From: Promethearchaeota archaeon
GTDB lineage: Archaea > Asgardarchaeota > Lokiarchaeia > Sigyniarchaeales > SOKP01
DNA length: 64,000 nt
Reading direction: 5' to 3'
Assembly (NCBI GenBank): GCA_048938895.1
Contig: JBHLLU010000001.1
Location: forward strand, 32,001 to 96,000
Shown: piece after piece, positions 21,245 to 29,713 of the stretch
Layout: each line of letters opens with the position of its first letter
How positions within the stretch are numbered: the stretch's first letter is position 1
Program-made: the position numbers and the translations under genes
Notes under the pieces: model-generated
Told to the model about the DNA's origin: nothing
The model's database searches: none
The model's input: only the letters and a program-made list of their open reading frames with translations

Positions 21245-23140
21245 TTACTCTTCTAATTGTTCAATTTCTAAGATGAAAAGATTCGCAATGGTAATCCATT
21301 TCTGTTTTGTTTCCGTATCTAGAGAACTTTTTTCTATTAACTTCATCCCTTCTGTAAGGTACTCGACTGTTCGTTCTAGATCTTTAAGTTCTTTATAACA
21401 AATTCCAAGTTTAATATAGGTTTGAGGAATATACCATTCCTCACTTGCTAATTCTATTGCTGTTAAAAATTCTTCTATAGCATTTTCATACTCTTCAAAA
21501 TACATCAGGATTTCTCCATAAGTATCATGATACATCCCGTTATTGGGAAAGGTCTCTACAAGTTTCGAAATTATGGCAAGGGATTCATCCTTTCTATCCA
21601 AATATTGGAGCCAATAAGCTTTATAACTGATAAGGTCATTCTTTTTTGGATATTTTTCTATTAATTCATCAATAATTTCTAATCCTGCATTTATCTCCTG
21701 CATTCTTCTCAAAACAGATGCCTTTTTCATCCCAATATCAAGTTCTTCTTCTGGGAAAATTTCTAACATTTCATCTAATAGGCTTAAGACCTCATCGAAT
21801 TGATTATAATAGATCAAAATTCTAATTTTTGAATGATATAAGTCAAGATTCTCAGGATCGGATTTAATTTGTTTATCGATTTTCCTAATCTCTTCTATGT
21901 AGTCTTCCTGTAAATCTTCAATAGTTTTAGTTTGAAAAATATCTATCATATCCTGCCAAATAATTCCTTCTAATTTATCATAAGTCTCTTTTAATTCTAC
22001 TTTTGCTTCAATCTTATACGCTAAATAGTTAATGTACTGAGGTAAGAATTTGCGTAATGACTCCTTTAAGTCCTCATGGAACAATAAGCTACAAATATCT
22101 TCTAATATTTCATTTATAGTATTTCTTATATTAAGTGGTCTCGAAAACAATTTATTCAAATAGGTAAATTTAGTGATATAATCTTCTGTTATAGCTCTTA
22201 ACATTATTTCCAGTCTTTCACCCTCCTGAAAATAATAAATCAAATCTCCTGATGAAATTTTGAAAAATTTAATTGGAAAAATTTGATTTTCAATGATCTC
22301 GTCTATATAATAATTTAATTTCGATTCTTTAATTTTAAAAGTTCTTGAAAAGTCTTCTGGAGAGATATAATCAGGATACTGACTTGGATGGTTAATTGAG
22401 ACAAAGAGTAAAATCTTATCGAAATCCTCTTCATTCGTTAGCATTGATTCAACTCTAGTATAATCTAATTTTAACATATTATTTAAAAAGCGAAATTGTA
22501 CATCCTCATCTGAAATATCATATCGTTCGAAAAATTTGATAGTTTTTATAGTTATCTCTTCAATTCTCTTGCTTTCTTCTTCCAATATCGATTGCTTATC
22601 CAAGTCATAATTTTCTAACATCCTAGAATATTCTAATTTACCCGAACGGGTAATTCTGTATTTCTTTTCCTCTTTCTCTATAATTCCTTTATCAAGTAAC
22701 AAATTTATATTCTTAGATAAAGAGGATTGATTTATAGAAAGTGGTTCTGCCAAGAAATCAGCCCATTTGCAATAATTATTATTATAAACCATCCAAAGAA
22801 TCCAATGATCATAATTTCTTCTTCTTTTAATTATTGTAGGAGGATAGCTTAAGGATCTTTTTTTCCCTTTCGATTGAGAAAGTTCAAGATACCTCTTTCT
22901 GCCCTCTGAAGTAATTTTATAATGACCTCTAGAAATATTTTCTACATGACCCCTTCCCTTTAAAAGAGAGAGATATTTTGATAATGTTGATAATCTAAGC
23001 TCAAGTGGTTCTTGAGTGAAATCGGCCCACTCGCATTCATCATTGTTATACACCATCCATAGAATGATATGCTCAAAATTTTTTTTCTCTATTACTGGAG
23101 GTTTATAAATCTCCTTAGGAGGATAATTTACTTTGCTCAT
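21245..23140 (-). CDS. Tandem winged-HTH + C-terminal TPR protein (putative transcription regulator), copy 1
   Basis: Two internal repeats YPP..H.ILWMVYNN..C.WADF..PL.....LSK.L.LL..KG......Y.IT..G+ (wHTH-like). C-terminal TPR-like helices (YHDTYGEILM, YIKLGICY). Confidence 0.8.
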   Translation of the reverse strand: MSKVNYPPKEIYKPPVIEKKNFEHIILWMVYNNDECEWADFTQEPLELRLSTLSKYLSLLKGRGHVENISRGHYKITSEGRKRYLELSQSKGKKRSLSYPPTIIKRRRNYDHWILWMVYNNNYCKWADFLAEPLSINQSSLSKNINLLLDKGIIEKEEKKYRITRSGKLEYSRMLENYDLDKQSILEEESKRIEEITIKTIKFFERYDISDEDVQFRFLNNMLKLDYTRVESMLTNEEDFDKILLFVSINHPSQYPDYISPEDFSRTFKIKESKLNYYIDEIIENQIFPIKFFKISSGDLIYYFQEGERLEIMLRAITEDYITKFTYLNKLFSRPLNIRNTINEILEDICSLLFHEDLKESLRKFLPQYINYLAYKIEAKVELKETYDKLEGIIWQDMIDIFQTKTIEDLQEDYIEEIRKIDKQIKSDPENLDLYHSKIRILIYYNQFDEVLSLLDEMLEIFPEEELDIGMKKASVLRRMQEINAGLEIIDELIEKYPKKNDLISYKAYWLQYLDRKDESLAIISKLVETFPNNGMYHDTYGEILMYFEEYENAIEEFLTAIELASEEWYIPQTYIKLGICYKELKDLERTVEYLTEGMKLIEKSSLDTETKQKWITIANLFILEIEQLEE

Positions 23141-23190
23141 ATATAGTATTAAAACATTTGACTATTTAAATTTCGCGAGCTTTTTTTAAA

Positions 23191-23233
23191 ATTCGAACTT
23201 CATTCGAAGTTTTTTTTCTAAAACTAAATATAG
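23191..23233 (+). promoter_or_regulatory. Operator+promoter copy A: AACTTC-N4-GAAGTT palindrome, 8 nt, then AAAACTAAATATAG (BRE/TATA-like)
   Basis: ATTCGAACTTCATTCGAAGTT-ttttttct-AAAACTAAATATAG; perfect inverted repeat; same spacing in three other copies. Confidence 0.75.
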
Positions 23234-23284
23234 AATTTTTGATATGTTATAATTATAAAAAAACCAAAAAAAAGGTATGAAAAA

Positions 23285-23365
23285 ATGACAAATAAGAAAG
23301 AAGAAACATTGGCTGATTATATTTTACATCCAAAGAAATATGCTTATGGATTAAAAGATCTTTAA
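23285..23365 (+). CDS. Unannotated 26-aa micro-protein MTNKKEETLADYILHPKKYAYGLKDL (family P)
   Basis: AGGT SD-like site upstream and T-tract downstream; clear paralog at 28784-28879. Confidence 0.75.
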   Translation: MTNKKEETLADYILHPKKYAYGLKDL

Positions 23366-23418
23366 ATATTTTTTTTTAATTATTATTTTTTAATAAACTC
23401 ATAAAGAGGTAAGAGAAA

Positions 23419-23496
23419 ATGAATAAAAAAGGAAAAAAGACAAATAAAATAATTATTAAATGCAATACACCTCATCAGAGATTTATAATTTTTTAA
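23419..23496 (+). CDS. Putative 25-aa basic micro-protein MNKKGKKTNKIIIKCNTPHQRFIIF
   Basis: GAGGT SD about 8 nt upstream and T-rich tail; same layout as neighbouring micro-ORFs; no homolog confirmed. Confidence 0.45.
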   Translation: MNKKGKKTNKIIIKCNTPHQRFIIF

Positions 23497-23547
23497 TTTC
23501 ATATTTTTATCAGGCTTACTACCAGATTTTTCATTTCCATATTAAAG

Positions 23548-23575
23548 CCTCCTAGTAGCCTACATTACTAGGAGG
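23548..23575. repeat. Perfect 10-bp inverted repeat CCTCCTAGTA-gcctacat-TACTAGGAGG
   Basis: Read directly; GC-rich hairpin in an AT-rich intergenic region. Confidence 0.8.
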
Positions 23576-23611
23576 TAAAATTTTATCAAAAACTTCTATA
23601 CTTCCCCATTG

Positions 23612-23654
23612 ATTCGAACTTAGATTGAAGTTAATAGAATAAAACTAAATATAG
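23612..23654 (+). promoter_or_regulatory. Operator+promoter copy B
   Basis: ATTCGAACTTAGATTGAAGTT-aatagaat-AAAACTAAATATAG; identical TATA block and spacing to copy A. Confidence 0.75.
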
Positions 23655-23705
23655 GTAACTAACAATACTAATATTAACAAAAAAAAGAAACAAGGTTAGA
23701 AAAAA

Positions 23706-23786
23706 ATGAAAAAAACCGCACAGAAAGGATTAATAAAAATAAATAGTTATGGTCAGAATCATCTTCTGCGAGATTTGCTTAAATAA
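23706..23786 (+). CDS. Putative 26-aa micro-protein MKKTAQKGLIKINSYGQNHLLRDLLK (family Q)
   Basis: ATG lies the same distance after the TATA block as in copy A (about 52 nt); AGGT SD-like site; T-tract after stop; weak similarity to 28626-28724. Confidence 0.55.
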   Translation: MKKTAQKGLIKINSYGQNHLLRDLLK

Positions 23787-23886
23787 TTTTTTTTCAATTC
23801 TAATTTTTATATCTAATTTGTATAATACATGCTCTAAATCCTTATTACATAAATTTGTATAATATTCTTTTTGATAGTATTAAGCT

Positions 23887-23926
23887 AAAATTTTATATTA
23901 CAGTAAATCTAATCTACTATTAATTA
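23887..23926 (+). promoter_or_regulatory. Conserved promoter of GTPase gene, copy 1
   Basis: AAAATTTTATATTA-N6-ATCT-N-ATCT-N4-TTAATTA, matched at 29060-29099. Confidence 0.6.
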
Positions 23927-23966
23927 GATAGTGATAATGTATAATATTTTTCTCTAAATAGAAATA

Positions 23967-24521
23967 ATGACCGATGCTCAAAAATTTCGATTTAAAATTT
24001 CAGTAATAGGCGATGGGCAAGTTGGTAAGACATCCTTAATTAAGAAATTTACACAAGGAACGTTTGAAAAAGATTATGTAAAAACAATTGGAGCCCAATT
24101 CTCTAAATTTGATAAAGAAATCGAAGGAGATGAAATACGGTTGATCTTTTGGGATATTGCGGGTCAGGATGATTTTCTTTTCCTAAGACCCTCATTTTAC
24201 AAGGATAGTGGTGCTGCAATTATTGTTTTTAGCCTTGAAGATAATGATCTTGGTAATCGAAGCTTCGAACATGTACTTAATTGGCATGAGAATTTGAAAA
24301 AATTTTGTGGGGATATACCTATCATCTTATTTGCTAATAAAGTGGATCTCATTGATGAGGAAAATTTTAATGACTCTGAAATTCAAGAAATGGTCAAAGA
24401 AAATAATTTTCTCGGATATTATTTAACTTCTGCAAAAACCGGAGAAAATGTTCATGATGCGTTCAATACCCTTATAGAAAAACTATATTATAAATCTAAA
24501 GCATTAACTAAGGACTTATAA
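23967..24521 (+). CDS. Rab/Ras-like small GTPase
   Basis: G1 GDGQVGKT, G2 YVKTIG, G3 WDIAGQ, G4 NKVD, G5 SAKTG; no C-terminal Cys. Confidence 0.93.
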   Translation: MTDAQKFRFKISVIGDGQVGKTSLIKKFTQGTFEKDYVKTIGAQFSKFDKEIEGDEIRLIFWDIAGQDDFLFLRPSFYKDSGAAIIVFSLEDNDLGNRSFEHVLNWHENLKKFCGDIPIILFANKVDLIDEENFNDSEIQEMVKENNFLGYYLTSAKTGENVHDAFNTLIEKLYYKSKALTKDL

Positions 24522-24533
24522 ATCATTTATATG

Positions 24534-27065
24534 TTAAAAATCAACATCTAGTTGAGCAATATCAGCCATGTAAAGATTCACTATAGCTAGCCACCTCTTT
24601 TTTGTGTCTAAATCACAAAAGCATTTATTAGTGTATTCTTGTCCTTTACTGAGATTTTCAAGTGCTAAGTCAAATTTTTCAAGTTCCTTATAACATATTC
24701 CTAACTTAATAAAAGTCTGATTAATATACCATTCATCACCTGCTAATTCTATTGTCTTTAAAAATTCATTAGCCGCTTTTTCATACTCTTCAAAATTCAT
24801 TAATATTTCTCCATATGTGTCATGATATATCCCCATATCAGGATTGTTCTTTATGAGCTCTTCTATTGTATCTAGGACCAATTCCTTCTCATCCAGATAC
24901 TGTAACCAATAAACTTTATTAAGCATAAGATTGTTATCATTCGGATATTTTTCAAGTAAACTATTTATAATTTCTAAACCGGCTTCAATATTTTTCATTT
25001 CTTTAAGTATGTATGCTTTTTTGATTTTAAGGTTTCTTTCTCCCTCAGGAAACTCAGTAATCAATTTATCTAAGATTATAATGATATCATCGAATTGGTC
25101 AAAATATAATAGGATTCGAATTTTAGAATTATGGAAATCTAGATTGCTAGGATTTAATTTTAGTGCCTGTTCAATTGATTCTAACGCTTCATCATATCGA
25201 TCGAGCTCTAGTAGGACTGTAGTTTTTAGGTGATATAAGTGTGCTTTAATAATATTATTTGACTCTAATTCAATCGCTTTCTCAATATAACTTATCCCAT
25301 CTTCTTTTTCTGCTATTTCTTTATTAAAATCATAAATTTTATTATAACCAAGTACAAACCCTTTTAATCCATAAGAGAGAGCACTTTTAAGGAACGTCTC
25401 CGTTGCTTTATCAGCCATTCTCAACGCATTTTCTATATCCCCCAAAACAATATATGAAAATCCTAAAACAAAAAGACCAGAAATATAGATTTCATCTTCT
25501 TCGGAAACAGAGGATAAATCAATCTTACCTTCCAATAATTCTGTTGTTTCATTATTACGATTCAAGTGGCATAGAATTAGACTTTTAATAATATTAAGAT
25601 CTAAGTCTTTTATTTTCGATTTAGAAGTACCAAAAACCTTTTCTAAATCTACTAACCTCAATGATTTATTATATTCTTCAGATTGGATATACTGTTGGAT
25701 CTTGAAATTTAGTTTTTCTAGTTTGAAAAATGGTTTAAAATACGGTTGTAAAACCTCTAATATTGACTTATCTAAATAATAATTCATTTCACTCTCACTT
25801 ATAAATTGGTATTGACTTTTAGAGATATCAGCTTGTAAAATTTCGGGTATATTTTGCCATATAATACCTTCTAATTTGTCAGCAACACCCATTAATTTCT
25901 TTTCCTTTTCAATTTTATATGCCAAATAATTTATATATTCTGGTAGAAATTTTCTTAAAGAGCTTTTTAATCCTTCATTGAATATATTTTGGCATGCTTC
26001 TTCTAGAATCGCATTTACAGTGGAACTCATATTTAATGGAAGTATTAATTCTGACGAACTTTCAAAAAGTTTGTTTAGATATGTAAATTTTGTGATATGT
26101 TCTTCTGTAATAACTTGAAGCATCTTTTCTAATTTTTCATCAGATTGAAAATAATAAAATTTATCAGGAGGAACAGTTAATTTAAAAAATTTTATAGGAT
26201 AGATCTGATTTTCTACTATTTCATCAATATAATAATCAAGTGTTGTTTGCTTAATCCTATATTTTTCTGAGAATTCCTTAGATGAGATATATGCCGGAAA
26301 CTCATTTGGGTGATTAATAGCAAGAAAAAGTAATATTTTCCTAAAGTTGTCTTCATCTTTTAATACAGACTTAATTTTTTCATATTCTAATCTTAAGACA
26401 CTGTTAAGAAATCGGAATTGAATATTCCTCTCTCTGATCTGAAAGCTATCAATAAATTTTGTAGTTTTTTGGGTAATATCAGCAATCCTTTTAATTTCTT
26501 CTTCAAGTATCGATTGTCTATCTAAGTTATAAAAAGTCAACATTTTTGAATACTGTGTTTTACCAGGTCGCGTAATCCTATATTCTTTATTTTCTTTTGT
26601 TACAAATCCTTTATCCATTAACAAGTTCATATTCTTTGATAATGAAGATTGATTTATCGAAAGTGGTTCTTCAAGAAAATCTGCCCATTTACAATAATTA
26701 TTATTATAAACCATCCATAAGATTGTATGATCATAATTTCTTCTTTCAAGAATAACTTTAGGAGGATAACTTAATTTTCTTTTCCCTTTTTTTGTTTGGC
26801 TTAATTCATAATATCTTTCTCTTCCTTTAGATGTAATCTTATATTCATTGAACTGGCTTTTTAAAATATAACCTTCGCGCTTCAGTTTACCCAAATAAAT
26901 TGATAATGTTGATTTATTTATTTTTTCTTTTAAATCTCCCCAGGAACATGCATCATTGTTACTTAATATCCAAAGTACGATGTATTCATAATTGGGCTTA
27001 CCGATAATAGGATTTAAAATCTCCTCCGGGGGATAATTACAAGAAGTACCCAAATCGTTTACCAT
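24534..27065 (-). CDS. Tandem winged-HTH + TPR protein, copy 2 (longer TPR region)
   Basis: Paralog of 21245-23140 (shared ILWMVYNNNYCKWADFL.EPLSINQSSLSKN, YINYLAYKIE, YHDTYGEILM) with about 210 extra residues, mostly TPR-like. Confidence 0.8.
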   Translation of the reverse strand: MVNDLGTSCNYPPEEILNPIIGKPNYEYIVLWILSNNDACSWGDLKEKINKSTLSIYLGKLKREGYILKSQFNEYKITSKGRERYYELSQTKKGKRKLSYPPKVILERRNYDHTILWMVYNNNYCKWADFLEEPLSINQSSLSKNMNLLMDKGFVTKENKEYRITRPGKTQYSKMLTFYNLDRQSILEEEIKRIADITQKTTKFIDSFQIRERNIQFRFLNSVLRLEYEKIKSVLKDEDNFRKILLFLAINHPNEFPAYISSKEFSEKYRIKQTTLDYYIDEIVENQIYPIKFFKLTVPPDKFYYFQSDEKLEKMLQVITEEHITKFTYLNKLFESSSELILPLNMSSTVNAILEEACQNIFNEGLKSSLRKFLPEYINYLAYKIEKEKKLMGVADKLEGIIWQNIPEILQADISKSQYQFISESEMNYYLDKSILEVLQPYFKPFFKLEKLNFKIQQYIQSEEYNKSLRLVDLEKVFGTSKSKIKDLDLNIIKSLILCHLNRNNETTELLEGKIDLSSVSEEDEIYISGLFVLGFSYIVLGDIENALRMADKATETFLKSALSYGLKGFVLGYNKIYDFNKEIAEKEDGISYIEKAIELESNNIIKAHLYHLKTTVLLELDRYDEALESIEQALKLNPSNLDFHNSKIRILLYFDQFDDIIIILDKLITEFPEGERNLKIKKAYILKEMKNIEAGLEIINSLLEKYPNDNNLMLNKVYWLQYLDEKELVLDTIEELIKNNPDMGIYHDTYGEILMNFEEYEKAANEFLKTIELAGDEWYINQTFIKLGICYKELEKFDLALENLSKGQEYTNKCFCDLDTKKRWLAIVNLYMADIAQLDVDF

Positions 27066-27216
27066 CAAAAAATCTTTTCTTATAATTAGTATATACGACA
27101 GGTTTATTTATATATTTTGATCAAAACTCTAATTAGAGTTAAATAAATGCTACTATTAATGGATTATATAAAAGGGGAATAGAATTAAAATGTGGGTATT
27201 ATCTAAAAAAATCTAG

Positions 27217-27254
27217 AACTTCATTTGGAGTTCCTTTAAATGAACTAAAAAGTA
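27217..27254 (+). promoter_or_regulatory. Operator+promoter copy C
   Basis: AACTTC-attt-GGAGTT-cctttaaa-TGAACTAAAAAGTA; same 4-nt and 8-nt spacers. Confidence 0.6.
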
Positions 27255-27374
27255 ACCGCTAAATTCTTAAAAAAAGCTTAAATTTTAATGTATTTTCAAT
27301 TTTAAGCTGGCCCATATAAAAATCTTCTGTTTTTGAAATCCTTAAAAATAAATTTCACTATAATTTAATTGATA

Positions 27375-27695
27375 ATGGCAAGCTTTACTTCTAGAGCTCA
27401 TTTAAGCGATTTTAAATATGCAGTTAAAATAATATCTGATTGTAGAGATAATTGGCTTCAGGATCAATTTCCAAATATTGACCAATTATTGTATGATTAT
27501 GGTTTAATAGATATTACTGGCAAAATTCAAGATTTTAAATCATATTACCAATTCAGAGATGCTCTTGATCATTTAACAGATTATAATTTCATTCGGATTT
27601 TCATCGATTCTAGATCAATTCCTCGAATTTACCAAGGAGGAAGAGAGATTCCAAATAACTTTACTTTTGATGATTACTGGTCAAGAAATGATTAA
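27375..27695 (+). CDS. Hypothetical protein (~106 aa)
   Basis: ORF downstream of operator copy C; no recognisable motif. Confidence 0.55.
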   Translation: MASFTSRAHLSDFKYAVKIISDCRDNWLQDQFPNIDQLLYDYGLIDITGKIQDFKSYYQFRDALDHLTDYNFIRIFIDSRSIPRIYQGGREIPNNFTFDDYWSRND

Positions 27696-27834
27696 TTCTT
27701 AGTTTAACAATTTTTCAAAAATATTGAAATTTTACCTTTTTGTATATAATCCAATTCTACTTCTAAGATCCAAACTCATATTAAACATCAATATCTTAGG
27801 TAATTGGATGTTTAAACATCTAAAACTAATCTTG

Positions 27835-27872
27835 GACTCCTTTTGAACTTCGTGAGCTTAAACTATAAATGA
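27835..27872 (+). promoter_or_regulatory. Operator+promoter copy D (degenerate)
   Basis: GACTCC-tttt-GAACTT-cgtgagct-TAAACTATAAATGA; same spacers, and the ATG at 27924 is again about 52 nt downstream. Confidence 0.55.
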
Positions 27873-27923
27873 AACCTTGGGTTAAGTAATCTTAGCAATA
27901 AAAAAAGAGAGTGATAATGAGAA

Positions 27924-28181
27924 ATGACACAAATAATTGCAAAGGAAGATACTCCTGTTGAACTTGAAGATTTACATATAATTCTGGCGAAACGCAAATT
28001 GAAACTTAAAACCAAGATCACTGAAGAAACTAAAAAACAACAATGCGAACTGTATGAATTATTTAAAGAATTTAATCCAAACTACTTTGAAGAAGCAATT
28101 CCAGTCAAAAATGCACTTGATAAGCTTTATACTTCAGATATCAAATTCAGATCTACATTCGATTTTTCTAGGATGTACTAA
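27924..28181 (+). CDS. Hypothetical protein (85 aa)
   Basis: GAGTGA SD-like site; follows promoter D. Confidence 0.6.
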   Translation: MTQIIAKEDTPVELEDLHIILAKRKLKLKTKITEETKKQQCELYELFKEFNPNYFEEAIPVKNALDKLYTSDIKFRSTFDFSRMY

Positions 28182-28215
28182 TATATTTGAATTAAAATTG
28201 AGAGGTGGTTGAAAT

Positions 28216-28479
28216 ATGGTTCAAGTATATATTAAGAAAAATGAATTGGAAAAACCGTATAAAATTGAAGAAATAATAATATATGAAGAACTCCCTGCTG
28301 AAAAGGAAGAGTATAGGGTAACAAGAGTCAAAGCAGAGGAGAAACCAGTTAAAAAAGCTTTGCGTAGGCTCATAGAGAAAGCAAAGTATAATCCGAAATA
28401 TATAGAAGAAACTTTTCTTATGGAAAAATTGAGAAGAGATATTCATAAGAATTATTATCGAAACTACGGAATCTACTAA
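28216..28479 (+). CDS. Hypothetical highly charged protein (87 aa)
   Basis: GAGGTG SD upstream; K/E-rich ORF co-oriented with neighbours. Confidence 0.65.
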   Translation: MVQVYIKKNELEKPYKIEEIIIYEELPAEKEEYRVTRVKAEEKPVKKALRRLIEKAKYNPKYIEETFLMEKLRRDIHKNYYRNYGIY

Positions 28480-28553
28480 AAATCGTTTTATTCTCATCAC
28501 GCTGATTCAATTCATCCGACAAGCCGAAGTAGTAAAGTCAGGGAGAAATCAGG

Positions 28554-28580
28554 GGAGGGGGATCTTTAAAATCCCCCTCC
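28554..28580. repeat. Perfect 10-bp inverted repeat GGAGGGGGAT-ctttaaa-ATCCCCCTCC
   Basis: Read directly; ends a GC-richer intergenic patch at 28495-28580. Confidence 0.8.
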
Positions 28581-28625
28581 ATTACAAAAAATTTGATATA
28601 TATTAAAATAAAAAAAGGAGGGCGA

Positions 28626-28724
28626 ATGAAAATGAAAAAGAAAAAATTGGAGAGAATTGAAAGGATTAAGATAAGGAACGATCTTGAAGAGCATAAGCTC
28701 CTAATTAATCGTATAATTAAATGA
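28626..28724 (+). CDS. Putative 30-32-aa micro-protein MKMKKKKLERIERIKIRNDLEEHKLLINRIIK (family Q?)
   Basis: GGAGGG SD at 28617-28622, T-tract after stop, weak similarity to 23706-23786 (basic N-terminus, IKI, H.LL, C-terminal hydrophobic-hydrophobic-K). Confidence 0.55.
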   Translation: MKMKKKKLERIERIKIRNDLEEHKLLINRIIK

Positions 28725-28783
28725 TTAATTTTTTCACATTTTTGAAAAATTATATATATACATTTAAATTAGAGGTAAAAAAA

Positions 28784-28879
28784 ATGCCAAAAAAGAAAGA
28801 AAAAGCATTGGATGCTACATTAACAGATTTGCTTTTAAATCCAAAGAAATATAAATTTGGATTAAAAGACCTACACTAA
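28784..28879 (+). CDS. Unannotated 31-aa micro-protein MPKKKEKALDATLTDLLLNPKKYKFGLKDLH (family P)
   Basis: GAGGT SD and T-tract terminator; shares KKE..TL.D..L.PKKY..GLKDL with 23285-23365. Confidence 0.75.
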   Translation: MPKKKEKALDATLTDLLLNPKKYKFGLKDLH

Positions 28880-29059
28880 AAAAATTTTTTTTTTATATTT
28901 ACTTTTAATGAATTAAGGATTAAGTATTTATGACAATCTTGTCAACGTTTAAATATTAGTATAAGGAGGCATAAGCCTAATAAATATTCGGGGAAATTTA
29001 TAGAAATAGAACTTCTTTAACTATTTCTTACAGTTTCCAGTAATAATTCGTTATAAACC

Positions 29060-29099
29060 AAAATTTTATATTAAAAAATATCTGATCTTAGTTTAATTA
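29060..29099 (+). promoter_or_regulatory. Conserved promoter of GTPase gene, copy 2
   Basis: AAAATTTTATATTA-N6-ATCT-N-ATCT-N4-TTAATTA, matched at 23887-23926. Confidence 0.6.
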
Positions 29100-29149
29100 C
29101 TTATTTTTTATAAAGAATATATTCCAAGTAATTTTCCCCTAAAAGATCT

Positions 29150-29713
29150 ATGAGTGAAGACGGGCGTAGGTTTAGGTTTAAAATAACGGTAATCGGAGAT
29201 GGTAGAGTAGGAAAGACTACTCTTATTAGGAGGTACACTCAAGGATCATTTAAAAAGGATTATGTTAAGACAATTGGGGCACAATTTTCAGTATATGATA
29301 ATGAAATTGGAGGAGATAAAGTCCGACTAATATTTTGGGATATTGCGGGACAAGATACGTTTCACTTCTTAAGACCTTCATTTTTTAGCAATAGTAAAGG
29401 AGCAATTATTGTATATAGTCTTGAAGACAATAAACACGGACATGATAGTTTTGACCACATCTCAATTTGGGATGAAGATATAAAAAAACACTGTGGTGAG
29501 ATTCCTGTTGTTTTATTTGCAAACAAAGTAGATTTAGTGGATGAATCTAATATAGATCAATCCGTCCTAAAAGAAATTGTCGAGGAGAATGGTTATCTTG
29601 GATATTATATAACTTCAGCAAAAACAGGAAAGGGAGTGTTTACAGCTTTCAATATTTTAATAGAAAATTTGTATAAATCGTCCAAAGCATTATCTCTTGA
29701 ATTACAAGATTAG
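29150..29713 (+). CDS. Rab/Ras-like small GTPase
   Basis: GDGRVGKT, YVKTIG, WDIAGQ, NKVD, SAKTG. Confidence 0.93.
   Translation: MSEDGRRFRFKITVIGDGRVGKTTLIRRYTQGSFKKDYVKTIGAQFSVYDNEIGGDKVRLIFWDIAGQDTFHFLRPSFFSNSKGAIIVYSLEDNKHGHDSFDHISIWDEDIKKHCGEIPVVLFANKVDLVDESNIDQSVLKEIVEENGYLGYYITSAKTGKGVFTAFNILIENLYKSSKALSLELQD

Noticed and set aside
23277-23288. Tiny ORF ATG AAA AAA TGA overlapping the micro-ORF start
   Set aside because: Three codons in an A-run; likely chance, and not reproduced in the paralogous locus.
23191-27872. Repeated GAACTT...GAAGTT elements as a CRISPR array or IS ends
   Set aside because: Only four degenerate copies, irregularly spaced hundreds to thousands of bases apart, with no spacer periodicity, cas genes or transposase; better explained as operators.
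28192-28500. 102-aa Phe-rich minus-strand ORF
   Set aside because: Antisense mirror of the K/E-rich plus-strand ORF 28216-28479, which has a good SD and matches local orientation.
29002-29028. Inverted repeat AGAAATAG...CTATTTCT enclosing an AACTTC half-site
   Set aside because: AT-rich 8-bp arms; lacks the second half-site and TATA spacing of the operator, so not counted as a fifth copy.
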